DNA of 61,771 nucleotides, counting the filler. It is 6 parts of 6 records of this genome, joined end to end, with 100 filler letters (N's around TTAATTAATTAA, not from the genome) between each part and the next. Parts side by side here need not be neighbours in the genome. Positions count along the whole stretch, not along the records: positions 1 to 12,568 come from DRR723986_4186; 5 more parts are not named here. The stretch is one strand, 5' to 3'. Position numbers and translations under genes: made by a program. Below the pieces are notes generated by a model. The model searched no databases, was not told the origin of the DNA, and was given only the letters and a program-made list of their open reading frames with translations. Shown here piece after piece: positions 1 through 8,665 of the stretch (position 1 is its first letter; the number at the start of each line of letters is the position of its first letter).

Positions 1-78
1 GCGGACGCCCCACTTGTAGCCGGCCTGGTCGGCGTCGTTGCGGACGCCCCATTTGTATCCTTGTTGCTCTGCTGAATT
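1..78 (-). repeat. 39-bp (13-aa) tandem coding repeat, two units visible, probably continuing past the edge
   Basis: Units 1-39 and 40-78 both begin gcggacgcccca(c/t)ttgta(g/t)cc and encode N-x-A-[DE]-Q-x-GYKWGVR. Confidence 0.85.
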
Positions 79-414
79 CTTTGCCGCCATCTGACTGGAT
101 GATGGGGTTACCTGAGACGCTGTAGTTTCGGATCTAGCATCATCCCACTTGTATCCATCTCGCGTCTGCTGGTTGTTAGTCCAAGCTGAAGTCGCATTTG
201 ATGTGGATACTGAAGAATCTTGCGAATTGCCCCACTTGTATCCGCCATTGGATACTGGCGAAGCTGCGTAGTTGGCGTCGGCTGCTAGAGCATGGCTGAC
301 ACGATGTACCGCGCTGATGCCGCTAGTATCGGAACCTTCTGCAAAACTCGTCCCTGATGAGGCGAGGAGTAGTGCCGCAATTGCTGTCTGTGTTCTCACG
401 TCTACCCTTTTCAT
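1..414 (-). CDS. Secreted GYKW(G)-repeat protein, 3'-truncated at the window edge (absent from the ORF track)
   Basis: Manual translation: ATG at 414 after AGGCAGGT, open to base 1 (138 codons). Starts MKRVDVRTQTAIAALLLASSGTSFA|EG (Sec-type signal peptide). Four GYKW motifs; ends ...NSAEQQGYKWGVRNDADQAGYKWGVR. Confidence 0.9.
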   Translation of the reverse strand, partial: MKRVDVRTQTAIAALLLASSGTSFAEGSDTSGISAVHRVSHALAADANYAASPVSNGGYKWGNSQDSSVSTSNATSAWTNNQQTRDGYKWDDARSETTASQVTPSSSQMAAKNSAEQQGYKWGVRNDADQAGYKWGVR

Positions 415-579
415 AATGCACCTGCCTTTTAACCTGCCTAGTAGTTGAACGCTTCTGGAAGCCACCAACCGTGGCCAATTTCCAAACACGCGATCTCCGA
501 CTGAGATCAAATACGCATCTCTTATCTGGATGCTTAGGTTCGTTATAAAGTCGAGGGGCTATTTGAAGAAGGTTCGAGT

Positions 580-595
580 TACCCCCTTTGGGGTA
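580..595. promoter_or_regulatory. 7-2-7 palindrome, candidate transcription factor site (copy 1)
   Basis: TACCCCC-TT-TGGGGTA, upstream of a minus-strand TATAAC -10-like hexamer at 547-542. Confidence 0.5.
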
Positions 596-706
596 GCTGC
601 TGATTTCTGAGGGGCGTCGGGGGGCTAGAGCGCCGGGTTTCGTTGCGACATAAGTTATTGATAAATATAGGTAAAAAGCGAAATATCGGGTTTGTCTGGA
701 GAAGAT

Positions 707-722
707 TGCCCCATATGGGGTA
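707..722. promoter_or_regulatory. 7-2-7 palindrome, candidate transcription factor site (copy 2)
   Basis: TGCCCCA-TA-TGGGGTA, the same motif as at 580-595. Confidence 0.45.
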
Positions 723-747
723 ACACGGCCAACAGGGGCCTTGCGGA

Positions 748-2727
748 TTAGTTTTTCTGGCTTTTGGGGCTGCCCGCCAGACGCTCAATTTCTGCCTTTT
801 CCTCAAGGTAGATGCGCTCCCAGTCGAAGGGGAGGTCGGGGAGGCGTGGTGCTATTTCTGCTGGTTGGGTCCGGCGTTCCACGTGCGCTTTCACCCCCCA
901 GCGGCGGTTATCGCTATGGCCTTTCTCGGATTCGTCCCCGGCGTACATGCGTTCCAGGCCGGGCAGGCTCACACGTCCGGTATCGTCCATGATCGCGGGT
1001 CCCTGGTAATGGTCCTCTCCCGCCATATCCTTGCGTATGTCCATGTCGGGGTTGCCGCAGCCGCGTTTGCCCAGGGTGATGGCCCGGGTGACGCTCACAT
1101 AGCCGTTACCTTGTTGGAAGGGGCTGTAGGCGAGGCGGCCATCGCGATTGATTGCCAGGTCTGCGCTGGTGATCAATTTGCACTTGACGTCATCGGGGCT
1201 CAGATCGGGCTGCAGTTGCAATAAAAGTGCGATCAGCCCCGAAACGAGTGCGCTGGCCTGGGAGGTGCCGGTCATCACGAACTCACCGCTCTGCAGGTGG
1301 TATTCGGGGAACTGCTCACTGAGGCTTGAGCCCGGTCGGGTCAGGCCGGTGATATGCCCGCCAGGAGCGACGATGTCAGGCTTGATATGCGCGCTCGGGG
1401 TTGGCCCGCGAGAGGAAAAGTCCGGTATGTAGTCGTCATCGGGAGTTTCCACCGTCCAGGAATCAGTGACCGCACCCACGGTGATGATATAGGGGAGATT
1501 GCCCGGTGAGCCGATAGACATCGCTTCTGGCCCCTCGTTACCCGCGGCTGCGACCACTGTGATGCCGGAATCCCAGGCCCGCATGATGGCCTGGTTAATG
1601 GGGTCGAGCCAGTAAGGCCAACGCGGCCTTGCCGCGAATGAGAGGTTCAGCACCCGGATATCAAGGCGCTCGCGATTGTCCACCACCCACTGCACGCCCC
1701 GCACGATATCCAGGAAGTCTCCCTGGCCTTCCACGTCGAAGGCTTTAACCGCCACGATCCGGCTATCGGGCGCTATCCCCTTAAATGTGCCGGTCCTCGC
1801 GCCATCTCTTGTCGTCGTGCCACTGTGGGCGATGATGCTGGTCATGTGCGTGCCATGACCGCTCTCGTCAAACACCTCGGAGTTAACCGTGTCGTCGATA
1901 GCGTTGTAGCGCCCGATGATGCGAGGTGCGCCTGCCGTGTCGGTGGCCAGTGTCGGGTGTTCCCACAGGCCCGAATCGAGAACGGCAACGGTTATGCCGC
2001 GGCCGGTGATCCCGTGCGCGTGCAGTGCGGCGGCACCCGTCACGGTGGCGAAGTAGTGGTCGCCATGGTTATTCGGGTAGCCCGGAATCAGCTCGGCCTT
2101 GCAGTCCTCCCCGAAATCCGCCTCCAGGGAGAAGTCCCGCTGTAGCGCGGTGGTCACCGGCTGGGTGAAGCGTGCACGCAGGATGGATTTGCCGGGTTCT
2201 AATGAATAGCTGTTGTCGAGTGATAACTCGCCGCTGGCAGGCTCGGTGATCTCGAGCTTGTGCTCGTCGAGGAACAGAGCCTCCAGGCTGCCTAATTGTT
2301 CCGGCCAATCGAAGCTGATTGTGTGCAGTTGGGCCGGGGCATCGTCTTTATTAAACAGGGGCCAGCCCAGTTCATTATCTTGCAGTGTCAGTTCCAGCCC
2401 GGCACCAATCTGGCAGGTCTCCGCCTCCGTCGGTTCATCGGGTTCCTCGGATACCGCGAGGTCATCGATGTAACGACTTACCAGTTCGGAGTCGCGAATG
2501 CTTTCGAATTGGGACGCGGCAAGCTCAGCACCCACGGCATTGATGATCGGCAGGTGATGGGTGACCCGCCCTCCGGCGCTTTCCACCAGGCGGGCCATGT
2601 CGGTGGCGGACGTGCCCTGCAGCATTACCCGCAGCGGTGGCGCGTCCTCAGTACTGTCTGCAGCGAACGTCGGGGCCGTGAGGGCAAGGCCGGCCAGCAG
2701 GGGAATCGGTAGTAGACGTTGGATCAT
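748..2727 (-). CDS. Secreted S8 (subtilisin-family) serine peptidase
   Basis: Signal peptide, propeptide-like N-terminus, catalytic motifs VAVLDSG, HGTHM and GTSQAS, and oxyanion motif AAGNEG. Confidence 0.95.
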   Translation of the reverse strand: MIQRLLPIPLLAGLALTAPTFAADSTEDAPPLRVMLQGTSATDMARLVESAGGRVTHHLPIINAVGAELAASQFESIRDSELVSRYIDDLAVSEEPDEPTEAETCQIGAGLELTLQDNELGWPLFNKDDAPAQLHTISFDWPEQLGSLEALFLDEHKLEITEPASGELSLDNSYSLEPGKSILRARFTQPVTTALQRDFSLEADFGEDCKAELIPGYPNNHGDHYFATVTGAAALHAHGITGRGITVAVLDSGLWEHPTLATDTAGAPRIIGRYNAIDDTVNSEVFDESGHGTHMTSIIAHSGTTTRDGARTGTFKGIAPDSRIVAVKAFDVEGQGDFLDIVRGVQWVVDNRERLDIRVLNLSFAARPRWPYWLDPINQAIMRAWDSGITVVAAAGNEGPEAMSIGSPGNLPYIITVGAVTDSWTVETPDDDYIPDFSSRGPTPSAHIKPDIVAPGGHITGLTRPGSSLSEQFPEYHLQSGEFVMTGTSQASALVSGLIALLLQLQPDLSPDDVKCKLITSADLAINRDGRLAYSPFQQGNGYVSVTRAITLGKRGCGNPDMDIRKDMAGEDHYQGPAIMDDTGRVSLPGLERMYAGDESEKGHSDNRRWGVKAHVERRTQPAEIAPRLPDLPFDWERIYLEEKAEIERLAGSPKSQKN

Positions 2728-2748
2728 CGAGCGCTTGAGGCCCGGGCT

Positions 2749-4584
2749 TCAGCCCCTGATGGCGTCATCGATTTTTCGGGAAAAGTTCTGGCGCAGGATG
2801 TCGGGCACGTCCTCGGGGTACAGTGGACGCGCGAAGTAATAACCCTGCAGCAAATCGCACTCCTTGTTGGCGAGGTAGCGCAGTTGTTCTTCGGTTTCGA
2901 TGCCCTCGGCAATTGAGCGCAGCTTGAGTGTCTTCGACAGGGCCAGTACCGCATCGATGATTGCTGCCCCGTCCGGGCTGTTGAGGTCGGCCACGAAGCT
3001 CTGGTCTATCTTGAGCGTATTGATCGGGAAGCGCTTCAGGTAGCTCAGGGACGAATAGCCGGTACCGAAGTCGTCCACTGCGAGGTCCAGCCCCAGGGCC
3101 TTCAGCTCCCGCAGTTTGGCAATGTTGGTTTCGGCATCGGTCATGATCGCGCTTTCAGTCAGTTCCAGCTCGAGGCGATCGGCGCGCAGGCCGGAGCGCC
3201 CAAGGAAATCCTCAACGTACTGGGTGAGATTGGGCTGGTTAAACTGGAGCGGCGAGATGTTCACACAGACGCGAAATTCCGGCAGCCCGAGGGTATCCCA
3301 GTAGAGGCAGTTACGCGCCACCTCGTTGAGTACCCAGCCGCCCAGTTCGATAATCTGCCCGGTGCGCTCGGCCACCGGGATGAACTCCACCGGCGAGACC
3401 ATCCCGCGCACCGGGTGCTTCCAGCGCACCAGTGCCTCCATGCTGACCACGGTGCCGCTCTTGGCGTCGATCTGTGGCTGGTAGCGCAGTTCAAGCTGGT
3501 CGGAGCGCAGGGCTTCACGCAACTCCTCTTCCATCTTGAGTTGCTCCACCGAGCGCGAATTCATTTCCTCATTGTAGAAGCGGTAGCAGGCCCGGCCTTC
3601 CGCCTTCGCTGCGTACATGGCGGTATCGGCATTACGCACCAGCGTATCGGGGTCGCTGCCATCCTGCGGGTACAGCGCGATCCCGATGCTGGGTGTCACC
3701 ACGGGGTTGTGGGATTGCAGCGGGATGGGCTCTGACAGGGATTTGAGAATACGCTTGGCCACGGTTTCTATCCCCGATGCGTCATCGACATCGGAGAGCA
3801 CTACGGTGAACTCGTCGCCGCCAAGCCTGGCGATTTCTGTGTTGCTGTCCGGATCATTCTCGGCGCTGGAGTCCGAGTAGTAGTTGATGGTGTCGTCTTC
3901 CCGCAGTTCCAGGCTCAGGCGCTTGGCAATTTCGACCAGCAGGCGGTCGCCGCGGCCGTGACCGATGGAGTCATTGATGCGCTTGAAGTGGTCCAGGTCG
4001 ATGAACAGCAGCGCTGCACTGGTGCCCCGGCGTTCGCAGCGCCGCAGGATCCGGTTGAGTTGTTCGTTGAAGCTGCGCCGATTCGGCAGTGAGGTCAGCG
4101 GATCGTAGTAGGCAAGGTAGCGCAGGCGGTCTTCCTGGCGCTTGAGTGCGTTAAAGGCATCGCTGGCGCGCAGCATGTATTGCACGTCGCGACCGAGTAA
4201 GGACCAGTTAACCGGTTTGGTCTTGTACTGGGTTGCGCCAGCCTCGAAGCCCTGGTCGATCGACTGGCGATCATCCGAGCCGGTCACAATCATGATCGGG
4301 ATTGATTCGCCCCGCGGCATTTCGCGAATGCGCTGGCACACTTCCAGCCCGCTCATCCCCGGCATTTCCACGTCGAGAAACACCAGGTCAGGCCGCTCCC
4401 GGACGAAAACGTCGATGGCTTCCGGCCCGTTGGCCGCCTCGACGACCACCATGTTTTCGGCTTCCAGACACTGGCGCGTCAGCAGCCGCACGTTCAGGTC
4501 ATCGTCGGCGACCAGGATCTTGGGTCGTTGGCGGTAGGGTGAATCCGTTGAGGCCATAAACTGCGGTTTTTCGTGGATGCTCAT
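2749..4584 (-). CDS. Response regulator with REC-GGDEF-EAL domains
   Basis: REC motifs ILVADDD, LVFLDVEMP, VTG and TKP; RLGGDEF; MEALVRW; VDDFGTGYSS. Confidence 0.95.
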   Translation of the reverse strand: MSIHEKPQFMASTDSPYRQRPKILVADDDLNVRLLTRQCLEAENMVVVEAANGPEAIDVFVRERPDLVFLDVEMPGMSGLEVCQRIREMPRGESIPIMIVTGSDDRQSIDQGFEAGATQYKTKPVNWSLLGRDVQYMLRASDAFNALKRQEDRLRYLAYYDPLTSLPNRRSFNEQLNRILRRCERRGTSAALLFIDLDHFKRINDSIGHGRGDRLLVEIAKRLSLELREDDTINYYSDSSAENDPDSNTEIARLGGDEFTVVLSDVDDASGIETVAKRILKSLSEPIPLQSHNPVVTPSIGIALYPQDGSDPDTLVRNADTAMYAAKAEGRACYRFYNEEMNSRSVEQLKMEEELREALRSDQLELRYQPQIDAKSGTVVSMEALVRWKHPVRGMVSPVEFIPVAERTGQIIELGGWVLNEVARNCLYWDTLGLPEFRVCVNISPLQFNQPNLTQYVEDFLGRSGLRADRLELELTESAIMTDAETNIAKLRELKALGLDLAVDDFGTGYSSLSYLKRFPINTLKIDQSFVADLNSPDGAAIIDAVLALSKTLKLRSIAEGIETEEQLRYLANKECDLLQGYYFARPLYPEDVPDILRQNFSRKIDDAIRG

Positions 4585-4649
4585 CGATGCCTCAGGCTAA
4601 CATTCCCCGCGGGGCGCGCCTAGTAAAGTGCGCTCGCGGTTCGTGCTTT

Positions 4650-6428
4650 TCAGGAGATAATGCGTTCACGCCGCTTGAACCGCTGCTCCTGCACGAAGCG
4701 GGGCAGCTGTTGCAATGGAATCGCCGGGCTGAAATAAAATCCCTGGACCTGCTGGCAGTGCTGTTCGGTGAGAAATTCGATCTGCTCACGGGTCTCCGCG
4801 CCTTCGGCCACCACAAGCATCTCCAGCCGCTTCGCCATCTCGATGATCATGCTGCAAACGGCAACCTGCTGGGCGTTATGGGGCAGTTCGCGAACGAAGC
4901 TGCCGTCGATCTTGAGGGCTGCGATAGGCAACTCGGTCAGGTGCGAGAGCTGGGAGAAGCCGGTGCCGAAATCGTCCAGGGAGAAGGAAATACCCAGCAG
5001 TCGCAGCTCGTCCATCCGGCTCTTGATGGTTTCCGGGCTTTTCAGGATGGTGCCCTCGGTGAGCTCCATTTCAATGCGTCGTGCATTGGCGCCGGTCCGC
5101 TTGAGGATATTCTTTACGATATCGAGGAAGCGGTCATCCTGTATCTGGCTGAAGGAAATATTGACCGCAACGTCGACCTCGCTCAGGCCCTGTTGTTGCA
5201 GCCAGACCTGGGCCGAGCAGGCGTGCTGGATGACCTGGTAGCCGATGGTTTTCAGCAGCCCCATGTCCTCGCAGGCGGCAATGAACTCCGCGGGGCAGAG
5301 CATACCGCGCTCCGGGTGATTCCAGCGCAGCAGGGCCTCGAGGCCGACCAGCTCACCGGACTGCAGGTCCATGCGCGGCTGGTAGTGCAATTCAAACTGG
5401 TTTTTACGGACCGCTGCCCGCAGTTCCGCGGCCAGTGAGTGGCTGCCGGCTTCATCGAAGTGAATCTGGTCGGTGTAGCGGCTGTAGTGGCTGCCGGGCA
5501 CGGACTTGGCCTGCTGCATGGCGCTGCGGCTGTGTTCGATCAGGTCGGCCATTTCCTCGCTGTCCTGGGGAAAGATTGCCGCGCCAATGCTGGCATTCAC
5601 CGAGACCTGGTGATCGCCAAGGGCGACCGGGTCGGAAATCGAATCGAGCATCTTGCGGGCAATCAGTTCAACGTCGGCAGCAGAGCTCACGTCCTCAAGG
5701 ATCACCGCGAACTCATCACCGCCGAGTCGTGCGATGCTGTCGGTGCTGCGGAGTTTGTTGAGCATGCGCCGGCTGAGGGTGCGAATCATGTCGTCGCCGG
5801 CCAGTTCGCCATGGTGGTCGTTGACGTTGGCAAACTGGTCGATGTTGATGTAGAGCAGCGCGGTGCTGAAGTCGTAGCGCCGTGAGCGCTCCATGGCGCG
5901 TTCCAGGTGAGCCCGGAAGCCGCCCCGGTTGAGAGCGCCGGTCAGGGGGTCGCGACTGGATAACTGCCGGATCTGCGCCCGCGCCTGTTTGAGCTGGATG
6001 CAGTAGTCGAGGATCCGGTGAACGACGCTATCCTGCAGTTGCCCACGGACAAAATAGTCCTGGGCGCCGGCGGCGCGCAGCTGTTGCAGGGAATCGTCCT
6101 GGGCCTCGTCGATCAGCAGGATGATCGGCACAGCCGTGTCGTTTTTCTGGGCCAGGCGCAGGAGGTAGTCAGTCTGTGGTCCATCGGCCATGATTACCGC
6201 ATCGACCGAGGCGTGGGTGAGGGCATCCAGGGGGCGTTCCAGTGCCTCCACGCTGTCCACGACAAAGCGTTTTGGCACGGCACGTTCCAGGCAGGCGGTG
6301 AGGATCAGTTGATCCGTCGGCTGGTCTGAAATGATTAATACCCTGTGCCTGGTCACGGCAAGTCCCACATGTTCACTCGTTTTCCGTCCCTGTCGGTAAC
6401 GGCAATCCCCATCGCCGACCGCTGGCAC
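4650..6428 (-). CDS. GGDEF-EAL protein with a degenerate N-terminal REC-like domain (true start probably near 6356)
   Basis: RSTD-SIARL-GGDEF (canonical I-site spacing), LEALLRW and LDDFGTGFS. The N-terminus VLIISDQ...GAQDYF is receiver-like. Confidence 0.92.
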   Translation of the reverse strand: MPAVGDGDCRYRQGRKTSEHVGLAVTRHRVLIISDQPTDQLILTACLERAVPKRFVVDSVEALERPLDALTHASVDAVIMADGPQTDYLLRLAQKNDTAVPIILLIDEAQDDSLQQLRAAGAQDYFVRGQLQDSVVHRILDYCIQLKQARAQIRQLSSRDPLTGALNRGGFRAHLERAMERSRRYDFSTALLYINIDQFANVNDHHGELAGDDMIRTLSRRMLNKLRSTDSIARLGGDEFAVILEDVSSAADVELIARKMLDSISDPVALGDHQVSVNASIGAAIFPQDSEEMADLIEHSRSAMQQAKSVPGSHYSRYTDQIHFDEAGSHSLAAELRAAVRKNQFELHYQPRMDLQSGELVGLEALLRWNHPERGMLCPAEFIAACEDMGLLKTIGYQVIQHACSAQVWLQQQGLSEVDVAVNISFSQIQDDRFLDIVKNILKRTGANARRIEMELTEGTILKSPETIKSRMDELRLLGISFSLDDFGTGFSQLSHLTELPIAALKIDGSFVRELPHNAQQVAVCSMIIEMAKRLEMLVVAEGAETREQIEFLTEQHCQQVQGFYFSPAIPLQQLPRFVQEQRFKRRERIIS

Positions 6429-6618
6429 TTCGTGCCTAATTCTTTATATTACATGGAGTTATACGGAATTATTGATAATAATTCTAGTGAATGTTTATTA
6501 AAAATTACCGCCCGGGAGTAGTTTCCGGTGAGCGCATCGTGGCCTCGCCCGTCATTGCCCGGCAGCGCTCCTCGATTAAGCTGCCCGTGGGCCAGAATTT
6601 CCGCCAGGAGACCCAGCC

Positions 6619-8604
6619 ATGCCAAAGGCTTATGCCGCTACTTTTGTTGCCAGTCTGCTGGGCTGCCTGGTCGCTTGCGGCGTGCCGACACCGCCGGAAG
6701 ACAGCTTTGCTGCCAGGGATTACGGCGGGCCGGAGGCGCAACCCTGCGCTGACCGGGTGGTCACCGGCAAAGCACTGTTCGGCGACCTGCATGTGCATAC
6801 GGCCTATTCCAGCGATGCCTGGAATTTCGGCGTGCGGGTTGGGCCTGGTGACGCTTACGCCTATGCCTTCGGTGAGCCGATAGCGCTGCCGCTGGCCGGC
6901 GAGCCCGGGCAGCGACAGGCCCGCATCGACCGGCCGTTGGACTTCGCGGCCGTTACTGACCACGCTGAATTTCTCGGTGAGAAGGCCGTTTGCCTCGATC
7001 CCTCATCAGCGGGCTACGCCACAGGATTCTGCGAGGCAATGCGCAGCGGCGAGGGCAGGGCTCCGGCCCTGGTGATGCGCATCATGTCGCCGTTCTCGTC
7101 CCGGGATAAAGAGGTCTGCGGGGGAGACGGCAGTGAGTGTGATCGCCGCGCCGGGCAGGCCTGGGACGACATGATCGCCGCAGCACAACACTATCAGGAC
7201 AGCAGCGACGCCTGCGAGCGCACCACCTTCATCGCCTATGAATACAGTTCCCATCGCCTGGGCTCCAACCTGCACCGCAATGTGATTTTCCGTGGCAGCG
7301 TGGTGCCGCGACGCCCGATTTCCTATATCGACGCCCATCGCGAATGGGATCTCTGGCGCATCCTGCAGGCGCAGTGCCTTGACAGCAGTCTGGGCTGCGA
7401 CGTGCTGGCCATCCCCCATAACGCCAATATCAGCAACGGTCGCATGTTCGCAGTCGATTACCCGGGCCTGCACTCGACCGAGTCACAGGCTGCCCGCGCG
7501 GCACTGCGTGCGCGGATGGAACCGGTGGTCGAGATCATGCAGCACAAGGGCGACTCGGAATGCCGGCGCGGTCTCAGCGGTGTGCTCGGTGACGTCGATG
7601 AACTGTGTGACTTCGAAAAGTTCGAGACCCAGGCGTTTGAGTCCACCCACGATCCGGGTGAGGAAGTGGGCAGCTGCTATGCCGGGCCGTTGGCCGATTG
7701 GCTGCCACACCTTGGTCCCGACTGCCTGGATCGTCTGAGCTACACGCGCTACGCACTGATTGAGGGTCTTCGCGAGCAGCAGCGTCTGGGTGTGAACCCC
7801 TTTAAGTTCGGCCTCGCCGCCAGTACCGACACCCACAATGGGCTGGCCGGCGGCGTGGGCGAGCGCGACTTCCCGGGTCACCTGGGGCTGTCAGATGCCA
7901 CGGCAGAACAGCGGGTGCGGTTTGATGCCGAGATCGCCGGCAATGCCAATAACAATCCCGGTGGACTGATCGGCGTATGGGCCCCTGAGAACTCGCGCCA
8001 TGCGATCTTCGATGCCCTGCAGCGCCGGGAAGTGTTCGGCACCAGTGGGCCGCGGATCCTGCCTCGCTTCTTTGCCGGCTGGGACTTGCCGGAGGCACTG
8101 TGTGAGCAGGGGGATATGCTCGAGCAAGCCTATGCCCGGGGTGTGCCGATGGGCGGTGACCTGGCAGGTGGTGGTGGCGGGGCGCCGGCTTTCCTGGTTG
8201 CCGCGGCGGCGGATGCCGGCGTCCCCGAGCAACCGGGCTTGCCCCTGCAGCGCTTGCAGGTGATCAAGGGTTGGGCGGATGCGCAGGGCAATCATCACCA
8301 GCGGGTATTTGACGTTGCCGGCGATCCGGACAACGGCGCCTCGGTTGACCCCAACACCTGTGAACCGCAGGGCGAGGGCTTTGCCCAGCTGTGCAAGGTC
8401 TGGCGCGACCCCGAGTTCGACCCGTCGCTGGCGTCAGTCTATTACCTGCGTGCCATTGAAAACCCGAGTTGCCGCTACAACGCTCACCAGTGCCTGCAGC
8501 TGCCAGCGGATGAGCGGCCGGCCGACTGCCAGTCCCCGCGCGTTGCCCCGATCATCCAGGAACGGGCCTGGAGTTCGCCCATCTGGTACACCCCGGCGGG
8601 CTGA
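6619..8604 (+). CDS. DUF3604-like lipoprotein (PHP-type metal-binding motifs)
   Basis: Lipobox LVAC; motifs FGDLHVHT, VTDH, NLHRN, STDTH; C-terminal ERAWSSPIWY. Confidence 0.85.
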   Translation: MPKAYAATFVASLLGCLVACGVPTPPEDSFAARDYGGPEAQPCADRVVTGKALFGDLHVHTAYSSDAWNFGVRVGPGDAYAYAFGEPIALPLAGEPGQRQARIDRPLDFAAVTDHAEFLGEKAVCLDPSSAGYATGFCEAMRSGEGRAPALVMRIMSPFSSRDKEVCGGDGSECDRRAGQAWDDMIAAAQHYQDSSDACERTTFIAYEYSSHRLGSNLHRNVIFRGSVVPRRPISYIDAHREWDLWRILQAQCLDSSLGCDVLAIPHNANISNGRMFAVDYPGLHSTESQAARAALRARMEPVVEIMQHKGDSECRRGLSGVLGDVDELCDFEKFETQAFESTHDPGEEVGSCYAGPLADWLPHLGPDCLDRLSYTRYALIEGLREQQRLGVNPFKFGLAASTDTHNGLAGGVGERDFPGHLGLSDATAEQRVRFDAEIAGNANNNPGGLIGVWAPENSRHAIFDALQRREVFGTSGPRILPRFFAGWDLPEALCEQGDMLEQAYARGVPMGGDLAGGGGGAPAFLVAAAADAGVPEQPGLPLQRLQVIKGWADAQGNHHQRVFDVAGDPDNGASVDPNTCEPQGEGFAQLCKVWRDPEFDPSLASVYYLRAIENPSCRYNAHQCLQLPADERPADCQSPRVAPIIQERAWSSPIWYTPAG

Positions 8605-8665
8605 TTTCGGAGCGGGGCAAATGTGCTAGACTTGCCCTCCTTTTTCATACCGTCCTCGCCGTCCC

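Noticed and set aside
1-243. Recurring cca(c/t)ttgta(t/g)cc as a CRISPR array
   Set aside because: The repeats are only about 12 bp, irregularly spaced, all in one reading frame with synonymous variation, and there are no cas genes. It is a coding repeat.
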